Shown here: positions 49,767-63,258 of the stretch, in pieces | Layout: every line of letters begins with the position of its first letter | Position numbering within the stretch: position 1 is the first letter of the stretch | Assembly: GCA_964247055.1 (NCBI GenBank) | Contig: OZ176054.1 | Coordinates: forward strand, 3,038,001-3,102,000 | Direction: 5' to 3' | Source: Paragordius varius | Taxonomy: Eukaryota > Animalia > Nematomorpha | DNA length: 64,000 nucleotides | Notes under the pieces: model-generated | Database searches by the model: none | Seen by the model: the letters and a program-made list of their open reading frames with translations, nothing else | Told to the model about the DNA's origin: nothing | Position numbers and translations under genes: made by a program

Positions 49767-52215
49767 CAGTGGTACTTACCAAAAATGTTTGACGGGCCAA
49801 ATAAAATATATTTTTTTTCGAGGGCCATAACCTTATAATGGCAAATATTCCATAGCTATTTGACACATATGCACATCCTATACCCTAAATCAGCACAATG
49901 AATTTCTTGCGGATCGCATTTAAATCCAGCTAAAACTCGTTTTGCACAATTTAGTTTAAAAAATAAAATATTTTGATAACAACATTTATTTTGATACCAA
50001 TATTTTTTGACAAATTCGGTTTCACCTCATGACAAGCCAATCTTAATACGTCGTATCCTCGGTTAAGCGATTTCTGTGTGTATTCTACTTCATTTTTGAA
50101 TATGCCGTCTCACACGTGTAAATATAGGGAAAACAGATATCTTGAGCACATGTTTTTATACTTTCATATTTATGTGGCTCTTGTTAGAACTCTACATATC
50201 TTTCTTCTCTACTACGAATCTCTTAGATTATAGCCTCCGAATTGGAATCATTTTTAAAATTTACGAATTCTTCAATGACATACACCTGATCAAAACCGAA
50301 ATGCTTAAGTTACTTAATATTGGATAAATACATATGCCATGGATTTTCAACTAGTTTTAAGCAATTTTTAATATTTGTTAATTCTTGAAATCTGAATTTC
50401 ATCTCATTAGATAAAAATGTTAGATAATTATGCATTATTAAATTTATCTCGGCGATTAATTCCATATTTTCTTCATAAATCGTTTTAAATGTTGGAAAAT
50501 ATAGGAGTGTTTTATTTAAAAACTTTATATATTATTAATTTTTCTTCAAAATCAAATATTTTATTAGCAAATTGGGTTGTCATTTTGCTCCCTTGAAGAC
50601 TGGTATTAAAAATACTGTTTATAAGTATTACGCAAAGGTTGGCTAATAAAACCCATTATTTGTCACTATTAATTTCCTCATCAAACTTTTTATTATCTTT
50701 TATAAATAATAAAATTTTATGTAAAAATCTATTTAATAATCTGCTAAGGCTTAGCCATCTCACAGCGGTCTACAAAAGAATATCATCAAACTCACTGTGG
50801 ATATTTTTCAGAAGGTTTTTGAATTTACGGCGGTTGAATTATCTGCCACGGATGAGGTTAACTATATCCACAACCGTTTCAATTACTGAATTGAGTGATT
50901 CATTTTTTACATGCGGAACCAAGTTTTGCTGATGAATAAAGCAGTGAGAGGATAAAATATTTTGCAAATTATATTAGTTTTTCAAAAGAGGAATAAATTC
51001 TTTGTTTATTCCAATCATAGAGGGACAGCCATCTGTGGAGATCGAAACCAATTTTTTCATGGATATAACATTATTATCGAAAAAAGTGCTAATTATTTCG
51101 AGAAAATCACTTCCTTTCGTGGTATTATTCATAGGTAAATATTTTAAATATTCCTCGTTGATTATGTTGTCGTTGCAAAATTTCACGAAAAGCGCACTGA
51201 GGTGTTGAACTAATATCAATGCTAGAATCAATAGCAATACCAAAATATTTGCAGTTTTTCAGAGCCAATAATGTATTGTTAAAATAGATTTAAACATATC
51301 TTCAATGGAGCGAGCACATGTTGACTCAGAAAGTTGAGGTATTTTAATCTCATGATTTGATCTTTATTATGAAATTTATCAAATAAAAAAGTGCAACCAT
51401 TTATTAGACATTTTTTTATTAGTTGGGAATCAGTAAACGGTTTCATCTTTTTTCCTAAAATATAGTAAATTTCATACGAAGCTAATGTTACAGCTTTTTC
51501 CTGGGAGAAAGCTATGGACATAATAGATTTTTCTTTCTGGTAATATTCTTTTTTTATATTTCTCGTTTCTTTCCTCATGATTTTTTTGGAATTTATATGA
51601 ATGATGGATTGTAAAATGTCTTTCAATATTGTATTTTTTTATAATGTTATCCTTACATATAAAGCAGGTAACAACGTTTTTATTTAAAACGACAAGGAAT
51701 TTTTCTTCCCATTCTTTTATAAAGGAGCGATTTTCATTGGATAATTTACGTTTTTTAGCATTAGATGTCATCCTTTAAATTTATATATAAAGATTATGTA
51801 AATTTTTTATTATGCTATAAAAAGAAACAGGTCGAAATTTAATTATGTTGATTAAATATTTTATGGGAATATATAAAAAATGATGCAAGATAGCAATGTA
51901 AAGAATATGTATATGCAAGTTTGGGTGACTTGCTTAAATACAAAAAAGGAATGCAATAATAATTTCAAAATAGAAAAGAATATAGAATACAGAAACAGAA
52001 ACAACTAGTGCCAAAATTTTGAAATAATTTTTATGTAGGGAAATTTTTCTACATTTCAAATTGGGTAAAAAATAAAAACTATTATAATTAAATCTAAAAA
52101 AATGAATAAATATTAAAATAAGCATAAATTTCTCAATAAAAAAAATAATTTGAATATAAATATGGTCATAGGGCAATTTTAAAGCACTCTTAGGGCCGCC
52201 TTTTGAGTACCACTG
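49767..52215 (-). mobile_element. hAT DNA transposon, Buster/Charlie (GTF2IRD2/SCAND3-like) type, decayed
   Basis: Ends CAGTGGTACTTA... and ...TGAGTACCACTG; internal transposase remnant; no matching 8-bp TSD seen. Confidence 0.82.
50330..51771 (-). pseudogene. Frameshifted, C-terminally truncated Buster/Charlie-type hAT transposase
   Basis: MTSNAKKRKLSNENRSFIKEWEEKF...CFIC...KKYNIERHF; KKMKPFTDSQLIKKC; TKGSDFLE...KKLVSISTDGCPSMIG; IHQQNLVPH in consecutive shifted frames. Confidence 0.9.
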
Positions 52216-54182
52216 ACACATTTTGGTTAAATAATTCATTTCATCTGTGGGAAAAAATCTTTAACTAGTAATAATACTTTTTTTCGTACTGAAGGAAGCT
52301 TTTATTTTTGCCGATATAATATATTTTAATTACATGAATGAAAGCTTGGTTAATAGATAAAAAATTATAGTAGGTATGATTTATTGAGTTAATCAATATA
52401 ATTATGACATGTTCCGCAAATTAAACACCGAAATAAAAGTCGTGACATTTGCTTATCGGGGGTTAGTTGATAATTTAAGATTTCATTAAAATACTCCTGA
52501 AATTAGGCGGGTAAAAATATTGCGAAATCGTAAATTAAAATATCGACAATTTATAAAAATTTAAAAATTGACATAATTAATCAATTGTAAAATTAATTGG
52601 AGGATATGATGCGGACTATTTAATGGGTAGGCCTATGTTTTAATTGTTTTTCAATTCTAAACTACTCAATGGGTTTTGGTCGCAACAATCAGATATTTAC
52701 CATAATAAAATCTTGGGTATTTCATTTATATAAGTATTTTTAAAAGATGCCAAATGACTTTAATTTCATAGACAAGCGTTCTATTTATGTGAGTATATAC
52801 CAAATTTAATAAAAAATTTGCGAACATTTTTTGTCAAATTTTTGTATTCTGTTAAATTGTATTTTATGATTAATCGTAAGATATATTAATTTTATTTTTG
52901 ATTAATAATTTTATTGCAGGGATTTCTAAAGCCGTTTTTAACTCAAAATTACAGTTATTTATAGAACACATTTCGCATAAAACTATTAAAATATATTCAA
53001 AACGCTTTAAGTGTTAAGATAACTTCCCTGAACATGACTTTAACAGACAGGATGTATAGATACCCTTTAAAATAAATATTTCAGTCATTTTTATTAATTT
53101 TCCTTTTATCCAATTAAAAATCAAAACCAATAATAACTCTCGTTACTGTATTTCATCAAGATACTTTTTTAGATGAACTGTGTATTGATATAGTTAATTA
53201 AATAAAAACAACACCTTGGAATATATAATGATAACATGAAATAGATAACTTTGGGGAGCTTAGCTATAAAGCAAACGGCGAATATGCAATAAGAATATAA
53301 AATGGAAAAAAATACAGAAAAACAAACATCTTGCAGGACAGGAAAATTGAAATTTGTTACTCTTTATGATGTTTTGTATATGTATTCAATTATTCACAAA
53401 ATGCCGGAAAATTATCTCTCAAAATTTCGTTTTATGTCTACAAAAATTCTTTTGATTAAATATATATATATATATATATACTAATGGAAAAATGTTCCTG
53501 GAATATCATGGTGTTTTCATAAACGAACCTTTAAAATAAAATTCGAAAGTGATATAATTGTTCAGCATAATCGAATTATATAAAGTTTTTTTGGATTACC
53601 TTTATTGTTTTATCCCGTTTCCTTCTCTTATCAACAAATTTTCGATAAATATGCATTTGTTAATAATATTTTTGATATCAAATTTAGCATACACATATAT
53701 ATAATATTTTTACTGCACAATCTCGTATAGTCTATTTTAGAAAAACCAAAAAAATTTGGGATGGAGCATACACTTAAAACTAAAAATTTTTTAAATGCGG
53801 ACTTGCTTTTAACTTGTGGTTTATATTATACTTTAGTAATAATTTTTCGAATGAACAATTAGGTTTCATTAAATTTTTTATTTAACTAATTCAGAAATTT
53901 TGCCATTTTCTGGTATGGGGCACTTCAAAAGTGTAAAAATCTCTCTTTAATCAATCGTAAAGGCCAAAACCAAAAAATCCATGATATGATATATTTTGTT
54001 AAATATATGTATACACATATGTATATATATAAATATTTCATCAGGATATTTTATGTACCCTCCAATTTTCTAACGCAAAGTAATGGTTACATGTAAAAAA
54101 CCAAATTGAAAATAAACACGCCTGAATTAATATCAGTGGTACACAAACGGCGAATATTATGGAGATTTTCATTAATACTTAA

Positions 54183-54753
54183 CACTTCTATTCAAATTGG
54201 GGTATCTAAATACCCCAGACTAAATTTGAGTTAGGATTTTTAATAAACTTATGAAGGGAACGGTCCTAATTTAAATTTATGCTTCTATCCTAATAATAAT
54301 TATATAAATATGCCAAAATATTTTAATAAAATTTTGTTTAGAAGAAGAAGCTCCATGTCAAACTACTTCGACGCCATTTTAATATTAAAATTTTTTCGCA
54401 AAATATCGTCTTCATGTAATTGTAAAGGTAAAATTAAAGCTAATTTTTTAATTAAATTACATTTGACATTGATAGAAATAGAAAAGCGGTTTATTTTGTA
54501 TTAATTTTTAATTTTAATATTTCACGCATGTCACGTTGACGAAATTTTTTCCTTTTGGTTTTAGCTTAAAATAAGTAATATCAAGTATTTTTGAATAGAA
54601 TTTTTTTAATTTCGGTTTATTAAAGTTATATAAGTGCAAAATTGTGCCATTGTTTCGATTCCTTCTATACTTTTTAAGATATTTGATTTTAAACAGGCCT
54701 GGGGTATCCAACTACCCCAATTCGAATCGAAGGACTAAAATGAGTGTGTTGTA
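54183..54753 (-). mobile_element. piggyBac-type MITE, last few bases of one end missing
   Basis: TTAA-CACTT start; collinear with 3600-4174 up to GTGTTGTA. Confidence 0.88.
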
Positions 54754-54974
54754 AAGCGTAAATTTATAAATATCTGCAAATGCTTCAAACAAATATATTT
54801 TTATCGTTATATATTCTTGGCCCTTGAGACAAGATGATAATTTTTGCCGCCTATTTTAAATGCCAAAAATATATAAGTTTAGGATTGCTCTACATATAAT
54901 AAAGATATCCATTATATATTTTCATTTTTGCAATATCAATCAAGTGTAACAAACACAATCTCACATGTGAAGAT

Positions 54975-57900
54975 ATGGCAAACTTGGAGTTATTCATAAA
55001 AACGCTCACTGGGAAGGTTATTAAAATAGCAGCTATGGATACTGATACAATATCGATTATTAAAACCAAAATATTTTTGGAAACAGGTTTATATTTTTTT
55101 AATTTAAGCCTTACCACTATCCCAACAACATTTAGTATGGAGATCACAAGATTTAAGCAATGCACTTACCTTGAAGGAAATTGGCATTTCAGATGGAGAT
55201 ACCATTTCATTGGTGTTAAGAATCAAAGGTGGACCCTTATTAATTCAAAAATGTAATATCTTCATTATATTTAGATTCTGCGAATCTTTTGAAAAAATCT
55301 AATTTTGTCGAGGCCCTACTCGAGAAGCACTGGGATATTGTTGATAGCAAATTTTTTTCGTCTCTCTATCCAAAATCATCCAAAGGTTTTAATTTTTTAT
55401 CTAAATATATGCTCGATTGCCCAGTTTTTGTGCAAGCATTGTTTATATACACTTGTTATCATATTAATATCCTAGATGACACTATCAAAAACCACTCACC
55501 AACGAAAATCCGATCATACAATTATCTCAATTCTGCTTATAAAGCTTCTCAATCTCAACCGTTTTTATCAAAATCTCATGAAAATTCTAATGTAGCGCAA
55601 GACACAGACACATGTCCTAAAAATATAACTTATTCATGTTCCTCACAAGCTGGAATGTATGAAAACAATTTTGACGAAAAATCTCCATACCAATCCTCCT
55701 ACGTTGAAATGTTTATGCCTTGTGAATCGGTTAGTTCCTGCGTTTATCTCACCAAATTGACAAAAAATTTGAATTTAAACGACGTGACTGATGATATCCG
55801 AAACATAAATAATGATCAAAACAACACATCCATAAACATTAAAAAGAAATGGATCAATCAATCACAATATAATGATTTTGGTCTTGGTATGGCGACTAAA
55901 CCTATTTCAGGTGGTCGAACTTGGTTTTGTCAAGATATTATCGGCAATGATAAGATAAATAGTAAAATATTTTGATTTCAAACAATTTTTGTAATTTTAA
56001 ATTTTTTGTCTCCTAATTTAGATCTAGGAAAATTTGGTGAATTCCACAATGCAAAACCCCTGTCTGATTATTGCTCAAACAATGAGTCAAGTTATTGTTT
56101 CTTTTCTAATCAAAATTCATTCCCCTACCTATTTCATCCACCAATGTATGGTCAGGAGAGGGTTATATACGCAAGTTGCAATAATTCAGTTAATAATGAA
56201 TACATTCACAATAATAATAATAATTTAAATATTAGCCTTAAGCCCTACTACCCATTACAATGTGAAAAAAGATTAAATGATGATTACGGTAAAAAGAAAA
56301 CGGTGAATGAAACAAACAATTATACACAACATTGTTTCATAAAAGACATGGTTGGTAATAACCCTAATAATGGTATAAATATGACCGAAGGGCTAAATAC
56401 CAATTTCAACATTACGACTGCAATATATACGACACTTATGCATTACCCTACACCCGATGATATAGCTAGTTTACAGGCTGAATTAAATGCAAAAACTTTC
56501 ACCTCTCCAACCATTAATTTTGGGCTAAAGCGCAATTTTTCTAATCAAAACAAAGTCTTAACCCGTGTTCTTTCGGCCGATAAAATGTTGGTGAGAGGAA
56601 AAAACGCAAAATCTGATTATTACCATAAAGCCAATATGAATTATAAAAATTATAACCTGTTTGGCAAGCCAAGATCATTGAAAAAATCAGTATCTCAACC
56701 ATTTGCTTATCGTAATATTTTGCTCCCTGATACAAGCCTAGAAGCAGACGACTATCCAGACCCCAAAACTCTTATAACTCCAACGAATAAAGATGTTACC
56801 TTTTATTTCCATGATGAGGACAGTAGTGAGACCGAAGATGACACTCAACACTACGAGAATCGAAATGATAATTTATTTTTTACGTCTTCTAAGTTATATG
56901 CTACCGAAAAAGATAAAACAAAATTACTTGTTGAAAATGATATCAGCAACAATGTTATATCATCACCAACTTCATCGATTAATGATAATATCCATAATTT
57001 AACGTTGGATGATTTAGTGTATGATTTCAATCTTTCCAAACTTGTCTTGGACCCGAAAACAGATTTTGTGCCAAAGGACGCGAAAAAAAGAAATATTGAG
57101 AAGTCAAGAGACAACAAATATGATGAAAGCTGCTGTAAAACTAATTTTGCTATAAAATTTAAACCTGATAATAGCTTTTATTACAAGTCTGCTAGATCGA
57201 ACTCAAAAAATATAAATGTTTCATTACAACAAAATGCACCCTCTATGAAACGTAGAATTAAAGAAAATATCGTTACTATGACAAAAATGAGAGCTATTAG
57301 GTCTCAACTCTTACAACAAAAAGCTAAACGTATGACAACACAAGATATACCCTCGTATAAATCAGAAGCTGAAATTTTAGAAGATAACGTTAATGAATTA
57401 GCGATCAGAAATTTACAAAGACGCCAGACAATTTTGATGCCCTTTGTCAACGAAAGTGGACATTTAACGCAAACTCCCTTTAAAAATACGGAGGAGGAAG
57501 AATTGACCACCGAATATAGTGAATGTTTTATCCAAAATTTATTGACGGATATATTCAAGAGACCCCTCACCAAAAATATCGTCGGATCAAATGATGGTAC
57601 AACTGCAGAAATTGATTTAATTGATGATACTATAAACAAGGTAAGTTTACTTTAGGTACTCAAAAATGATTTCATAGGCTTAAATAAATTTTTCCTAGAT
57701 ATTTTCTTAGGTTTGTATGTTTAAATAAAATTTACTTAAATATGCTTTTCTCATTAACAAAAATAAAATAAGAGAATATGAAAACGGTTTCGTTTCGCTA
57801 ATGCAGCGCAGGAAAGCATAGTTAAATTTTTTATTTTTATTGCTCTTTACATTTATTATCATCTCGTTTTTTATTTTTACAAAATAATGAATAGACGGAT

Positions 57901-59189
57901 GTCCAGTTATCAACTTGGCTTGATTCACAAAATAATAATGGTAAGTAGTTTTTTAATTATAGTTTTTTATTTAAAAACTGTATATATTTACTTCTATAAA
58001 TTTTTTTTAGATAATCGCACGGAATTTGGCAAAAAAGTTGAATTGGAATATATGGTAGAGGTATAATCTTTCACATGACATAATAAAAAACGTGTTTAAA
58101 GGGGATTTTTTTTGAATAAGTGGTTAAATTTGTTGTTATATATTAATAAAATAAGATAATTATGAAAAAACACATCTTTAAATGACGGTTTTTAATGAGA
58201 ATAATAATATATATTTTTTTGCAAAAATTTTTTAACGTTTACTCTTTAACGCTTGTAAACATTTCTTATTTGATTTATATTAGCGCATTTAACAAAGCTT
58301 ATATTAATCGCGAATATCAACATTTTTTATATTTGTATAAATGAATAGTATTAATAAAATATTATGTTTGTTAATTTTAAACAATTTTTTCCAGCTTGAT
58401 TTTATTTATAAATTTTTTATGTATATAACAGCGCATAATCAAAGGATTATTGAGTCCCAGCAATTTATATTCGTCCATGTTGGTTTCACTTCTTAAGTCA
58501 CCGTATAAATCCACTAAAACATTGGTAGAAAAGAATGCAAAAGATACTATTTTCTCCTGTTTAACTCCACAAAAGGATGATGTATTTCATAATAATAATG
58601 GGCTTTTATTACCCAAAATTACGTCGTGTACTGAAACGACCCCTGAAAACAGTTGTATTACAAGCAGTCAATCCGAAAAAATTCTAAAACCCGCTTTAAA
58701 TGATTCAATGGATATTATAATTAATGATAAATGTGTTTCCACAAAGAAAAGCTCGCATGTAGATAATAGAATAGATTTGGGTAAACCAAGATGTTATCAG
58801 TGTCTACGTACGATTAAATTGACAGCCATTTTCAATTGCAGGTCATATATTAATGTCTTGGCTTTTAATTATTTTATAGTATAATATATAAAATTATGAT
58901 TACTCCTTGATTTACATTGTTCAAAATAAGGGAAACGCAAGATTGATATTGGTTATATATATATATATATATATATATTAACTTTAAAATATTTAACAAT
59001 TATCATATAATTACCATTTTACAATTTTACAGATGCGAACATACATTTTGTCCGAAACATCGATTGCCAGAAGATCATAATTGCATATTTGATTACAAAA
59101 CCTTTGGGCGACATGTTTTATCCAATTCTTTGGCAACGGAAGAATGTTTGAATCTCTTGAAAGCTAAAAAATATCCGAAAATGGAATAA
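54975..59189 (+). CDS. ZFAND4: ZFAND4/AN1-like protein: N-terminal ubiquitin-like domain, long low-complexity middle, C-terminal AN1 zinc finger
   Basis: Exons 54975-55086, 55109-55252, 55275-55961, 56022-57640, 57895-57940, 58011-58060, 58432-58841, 59033-59189. Ubl: LELFIKTLTGK...IKTKIFLET|ALPLSQQHLVW...TLKEIGISDGDTISLVLRIKGGP. AN1 finger: RCYQC...FNCRCEHTFCPKHRLPEDHNCIFDYK. Confidence 0.92.
55087..55108 (+). other. 22-nt GT-AG micro-intron (GTTTATATTTTTTTAATTTAAG) inside the ubiquitin-like domain
   Basis: Not a multiple of 3. Removal restores both frame and ubiquitin-fold spacing (ET-ALPLSQQHLVW vs ubiquitin EGIPPDQQRLIF). Confidence 0.92.
55253..55274 (+). other. 22-nt GT-AG micro-intron (GTAATATCTTCATTATATTTAG)
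   Basis: Not a multiple of 3. Removal joins GGPLLIQK in frame to the 228-aa ORF at 55289; the unspliced frame stops shortly after. Confidence 0.88.
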
Positions 59190-60392
59190 GTTGCTTTTTT
59201 GACCCGCCCTCTCTCTATCTTTTTACATAATACGAAAACAAACAATTATATTATGAAAAACTTGCAAATTTCACGAAACAAAAAATTACCCTACATTTGA
59301 CTGTTTAATTTTTTAGTAGTGTTATGCTTGAAATTTTATAATTATCTATTTGAAAATATATATTTAATATTATATAATATATATATTATATATAGCAAAA
59401 AATATTAATCAATAAATTAATAAAACTACTATAATTATATTAAATTTGCTTGCTGGCTCCAGTGACGCTGTGACAAAACAAAGATATTTCCACAGTTTTA
59501 TAAAATATTTTTTTATATTTTCAAGATATAACTGGATCGAAATACTTAATTTTACTGCGACGGAGCCTAATGCGCATATATTCAAAAAATAGCTCAGCAC
59601 CCTCGGCTTATTTATAGATGAATAATAATGTTCACCTTTGTTTTATAACTGGCGTACAAGTTTTTCGGAAAATTGCTTCAACGCCAATATTTAAAAATTA
59701 ATTCAAGGGGATGGCAGGATGTAATTATAAAAGACCCAGTCATCTTCGGAAAATGAAATTATATTTTTATCGAAAAGACCTACATTCTGGGTCGGTTAAA
59801 CATATCTGTCCAAAAACCCCATTTTTTAGGAGATAGGATTATTCAAAAGCAAATTGAAAAAAGTTTTTTTTGCATAGTTATATAAAATAAAAAACATCCA
59901 TTTTTGAAATCCATTAAGTCCATATATTTTTCGGGAAAATTGTTATAAACCAAGTCAAAAACACCATTTTAATAAGATGGGAATTAACCATAAGGCTATT
60001 AATGGCTCTGTCACACTCAACACATCAATATAAAATCCACTATTTTGAATATAAGTTTCAAATCCTTTTAAAAAATAGCAGTCTCGCACAGGCAGAGCTG
60101 GATTGAGGGGACAATTTATATAAAAGTCTGCCACCCTGTGCGATTTTAATAATATATATTTAGAACCTGATAAAGGCCTACGCGTTTTACGGAATATTGC
60201 TTTTGATTAAAAGAAGGGCTAAAAAATATAAAGACTAAATTTGAATACTACTAGTTTTCCGCAAAATTTGTTCAAAGCCAATATTAATTTACAAACTCCC
60301 ATTTTCACACGGGAAGCTGGAGAAGCATTCCAAAAAATTGCTGTCATCCACGGCATTACAATTAAAAAACAATTATCAGTATAAATTGATAA

Positions 60393-63258
60393 CACTGTGC
60401 AAAATATGGGGTCAATTTTTTGGACTCAATTTTCTAAATATTTTCTGATTCCTTATAGTATTGTGATCAGATTTGCGTAAAAAATTTTTTTACTTACCCA
60501 GCTCGTTTTCAAGATATGGGACTTTTTCCATATTTGGACATATCCAAAATTTTCTTGTTTGTAAATATTTTTCGCTATGTAAACAAATAATATGTGGCTT
60601 ATATAAGTATTTTTACAAGAAATTACCAATTTATCTTCAAATTTAAAAAAAAAATTTACTCAATATATCCATACTTTTTGTTTTAGGGGGGCAAAAACCC
60701 TCAAAAATTGGGTAACTTAACATTTTTTCACACAAATATTTTTTATCAATATATTAAATTAAAACAAACTTTATTATATGTTCTTGGATGTTAATGATGT
60801 TTGTTTAAGTATAAATATCACTTTGTAATAGCTTTGTGGACTTTTATTTTAAAAAATAAATTTAATTTTTACATCTTTTTTGCTGTTTTTTTATGTAAAA
60901 AAAGCTAAATTTTACTCAGCTGCATATAATATATTCTTTATTTCATATGATATTTTTAAATATTTCCCACACTTAAATATACACCATATCAGTTTTTTCA
61001 TCAAGAAATATTATTATATACCCAAAATGTACAAAAAATATAATTACTACCCAAGTATATATATATATTTATAATTTTAGGATGTATAAAAATATTGTTT
61101 GCCATATATGTGGACAATACACAAAAAAACTAATAGTATAATCATTACCACTTACATAAAAAACTATTTTTTTATATTATGGCGAACCTAGATTTGGGCC
61201 CGAACACCGTATCTCGGACATGTAGCATTAGTTTAGGAGCATGGTACTACAAAACCGGACCTGGACTCCCTTGGGGTATCCCTATGATATGGCGAGAGCC
61301 AAAATCTCATTCTCAATGTTACTTTATTAACATTACCAAAAAAAACAAAAAACCTATCGAATATCCAAACTTTTCCTGTGCAATTCGTCCTGTTTATCAT
61401 TCCATTGACCTTCCCGTACCTTCATCTCCAACCATTCATATCGATTTATTTGATATGATGGATGATACTGATTTGGAATTTTATCATCAAGATATAAAGG
61501 ACACTTATAAATTAAGTGGCACTGAGGTGATATCCCTAATCAAAAAATTGCATCTCTCAAAACGGTATTTTTAGAAAACCCTTCGAAAAAACCTATCGAA
61601 ACAATATAAATTTAATTTGCTATATATATGAATAAATAAATTATTATTTTATTTTTTCTACACCTAATTTACTTTATTTAAAGTCTAGATTAGATTATCC
61701 GTGTCTTAACATCTGTACACCAAAATATATTCTAAGTATTCACTCTAATAACTGATTATAATTAGGATTTGCATATAGTTCAATATATTATGATGAAATC
61801 ATTTATTAATGGTATTATAATTTATTTAAACGTTTTTGATAAGATATGGCATATCCAATTTTCTCTGCACAGTCGTCCATATTGAAAGCTAATCTATTAG
61901 CTGATGTGATATAGAAATTGTTGCGATTGGGTACTTTGTCATGGTAATATAACTACCTGATCGATATATTGTTTTTATAAGAATGTATGAAAGAAATCAA
62001 TAAAATACTTTTATATGGCAGACGCCAAAATCGAATTGGTAAATAATTTAAAATACTTGGGCGATGTCATACATTGCCTAGGTAGAATAAACCAATCAGT
62101 TAAATATAGATCCCAACAAGCTGGGGTAAAATATCATTAACTTAAATTTATGTTTAAAAATAAACACATATCAGCAAAAAACAAAGGTTTGATTAGAGTT
62201 GTTGATAAGCGACAATAGTTTAAATTAAATGAAACGTTAACGACAAAAAACAATAATTTAACCGAAGAGACGATAACTCAAATTAAATTTATAAGAATAT
62301 ATGGTTAAAATTATTAAAAATATAATTTAGTATATGAGGGTGCTTTCCTTTGATTTCCCTGTGGCATACGTACTGTTCCCTACACAACTGAAATTTTATG
62401 GGTCATTCAACTTTAATTAAAAAAGAATTCATTTCTGAGTATCGTAAAACTCCATCAGGGTAATAAGCTTCTTTAGATTTCACTCTTGACAAAGAGGGAA
62501 TCATCCATATCCCTAAATATATATATAATGTATTTGATGAAATCAAGGTGTGTTCTTCTCTTATCCAAAAGGCATTTTTCCGATTCAGAATTCAATTACA
62601 AATTTATATAAGAATCATTGTCCATTTCATATTATTTTAAAATATTTAAAAATGAAGCAAACGAATCAACATATCTGACACCATATATGGTCAAAATTTA
62701 AAAATTTCAGATGAAAAAATGAAATTAGTATTTACAGCTGAGTAAATTAAATCATTTTTTACATAAAAAAAGCAACAAAAAAGCTGTAAAAATTAAATTT
62801 ATTTTTAAAAATAAAAGTCCACAAAGCTATTTTACAAAGTGATATTTATATTTAAACAAACATTATTAACATCCAAGAACATATAATAAAGTTTGTTTTG
62901 ATTTAACAAATTGATAAAAAATATTTGTGTGAAAAAATGTCAAGTTACCCAATTTTTGAGGGTTTTTGGCCCCTAAAACAAAAAGTATTGGATATTTTGA
63001 GTAAATTATTTTTTTATTTTAAAGATAAATTGGTAATTTATTGTAAAAATACTTATGTAAGCCACATATTATTTGTTTACACAGCAAAAAATATTTACGA
63101 ACAAGAAAATTTTGGATATGTCCAAATATGGAAAAAGTCCCATATCTCGAAAACGAGCTGGGTAAGTAAAAAAAATTTTTACGCAAATCTGATCACAATA
63201 CTATAAGGAATCAGAAAATATTTAGAAAATCGAGTCCAGAAAAAGTTGTGTCACAGTG
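60393..63258 (+). mobile_element. Chapaev3-type (CMC) DNA transposon, non-autonomous, with long TIRs
   Basis: CACTGTG...CACAGTG termini; TAA on both flanks (60390-60392, 63259-63261); about 530-bp inverted repeats (about 60393-60925 and 62733-63258); internal transposase remnant. Confidence 0.9.
61082..61574 (+). pseudogene. N-terminal remnant of a Chapaev3 transposase
   Basis: VCHICGQYT, then (shifted) LPWGIPMIWREPKSHSQCYF...IEYPNFSCAIRPVYHSIDLPVP, matching the PMxWREP..H...CYF / YP....A.RPV.H...LPVP signature; no catalytic core. Confidence 0.85.

Noticed and set aside
49759-52223. Target-site duplication for the Buster-type element
   Set aside because: Flanks ATTTCTAC and ACACATTT do not match, so no TSD is claimed; the two ends could come from a rearranged or old copy.
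55087-55274. Explaining the ZFAND4 and ATP5ME frame breaks as sequencing indels
   Set aside because: Each break coincides with an AT-rich GT-AG block whose exact removal restores the frame (and, at 55087 and 4337, homologous spacing); a 1-bp fix would leave 7-8 foreign residues.
62925-63206. 93-aa ORF (and 60880-61074)
   Set aside because: Falls in or at the Chapaev TIR; AT-rich with no protein-like features.
60393-63258. Transib/ProtoRAG element suggested by CACAGTG heptamer-like termini
   Set aside because: Flanks give a 3-bp TAA duplication, not 5 bp, and the internal protein remnant has Chapaev3 motifs, not RAG1-core motifs.
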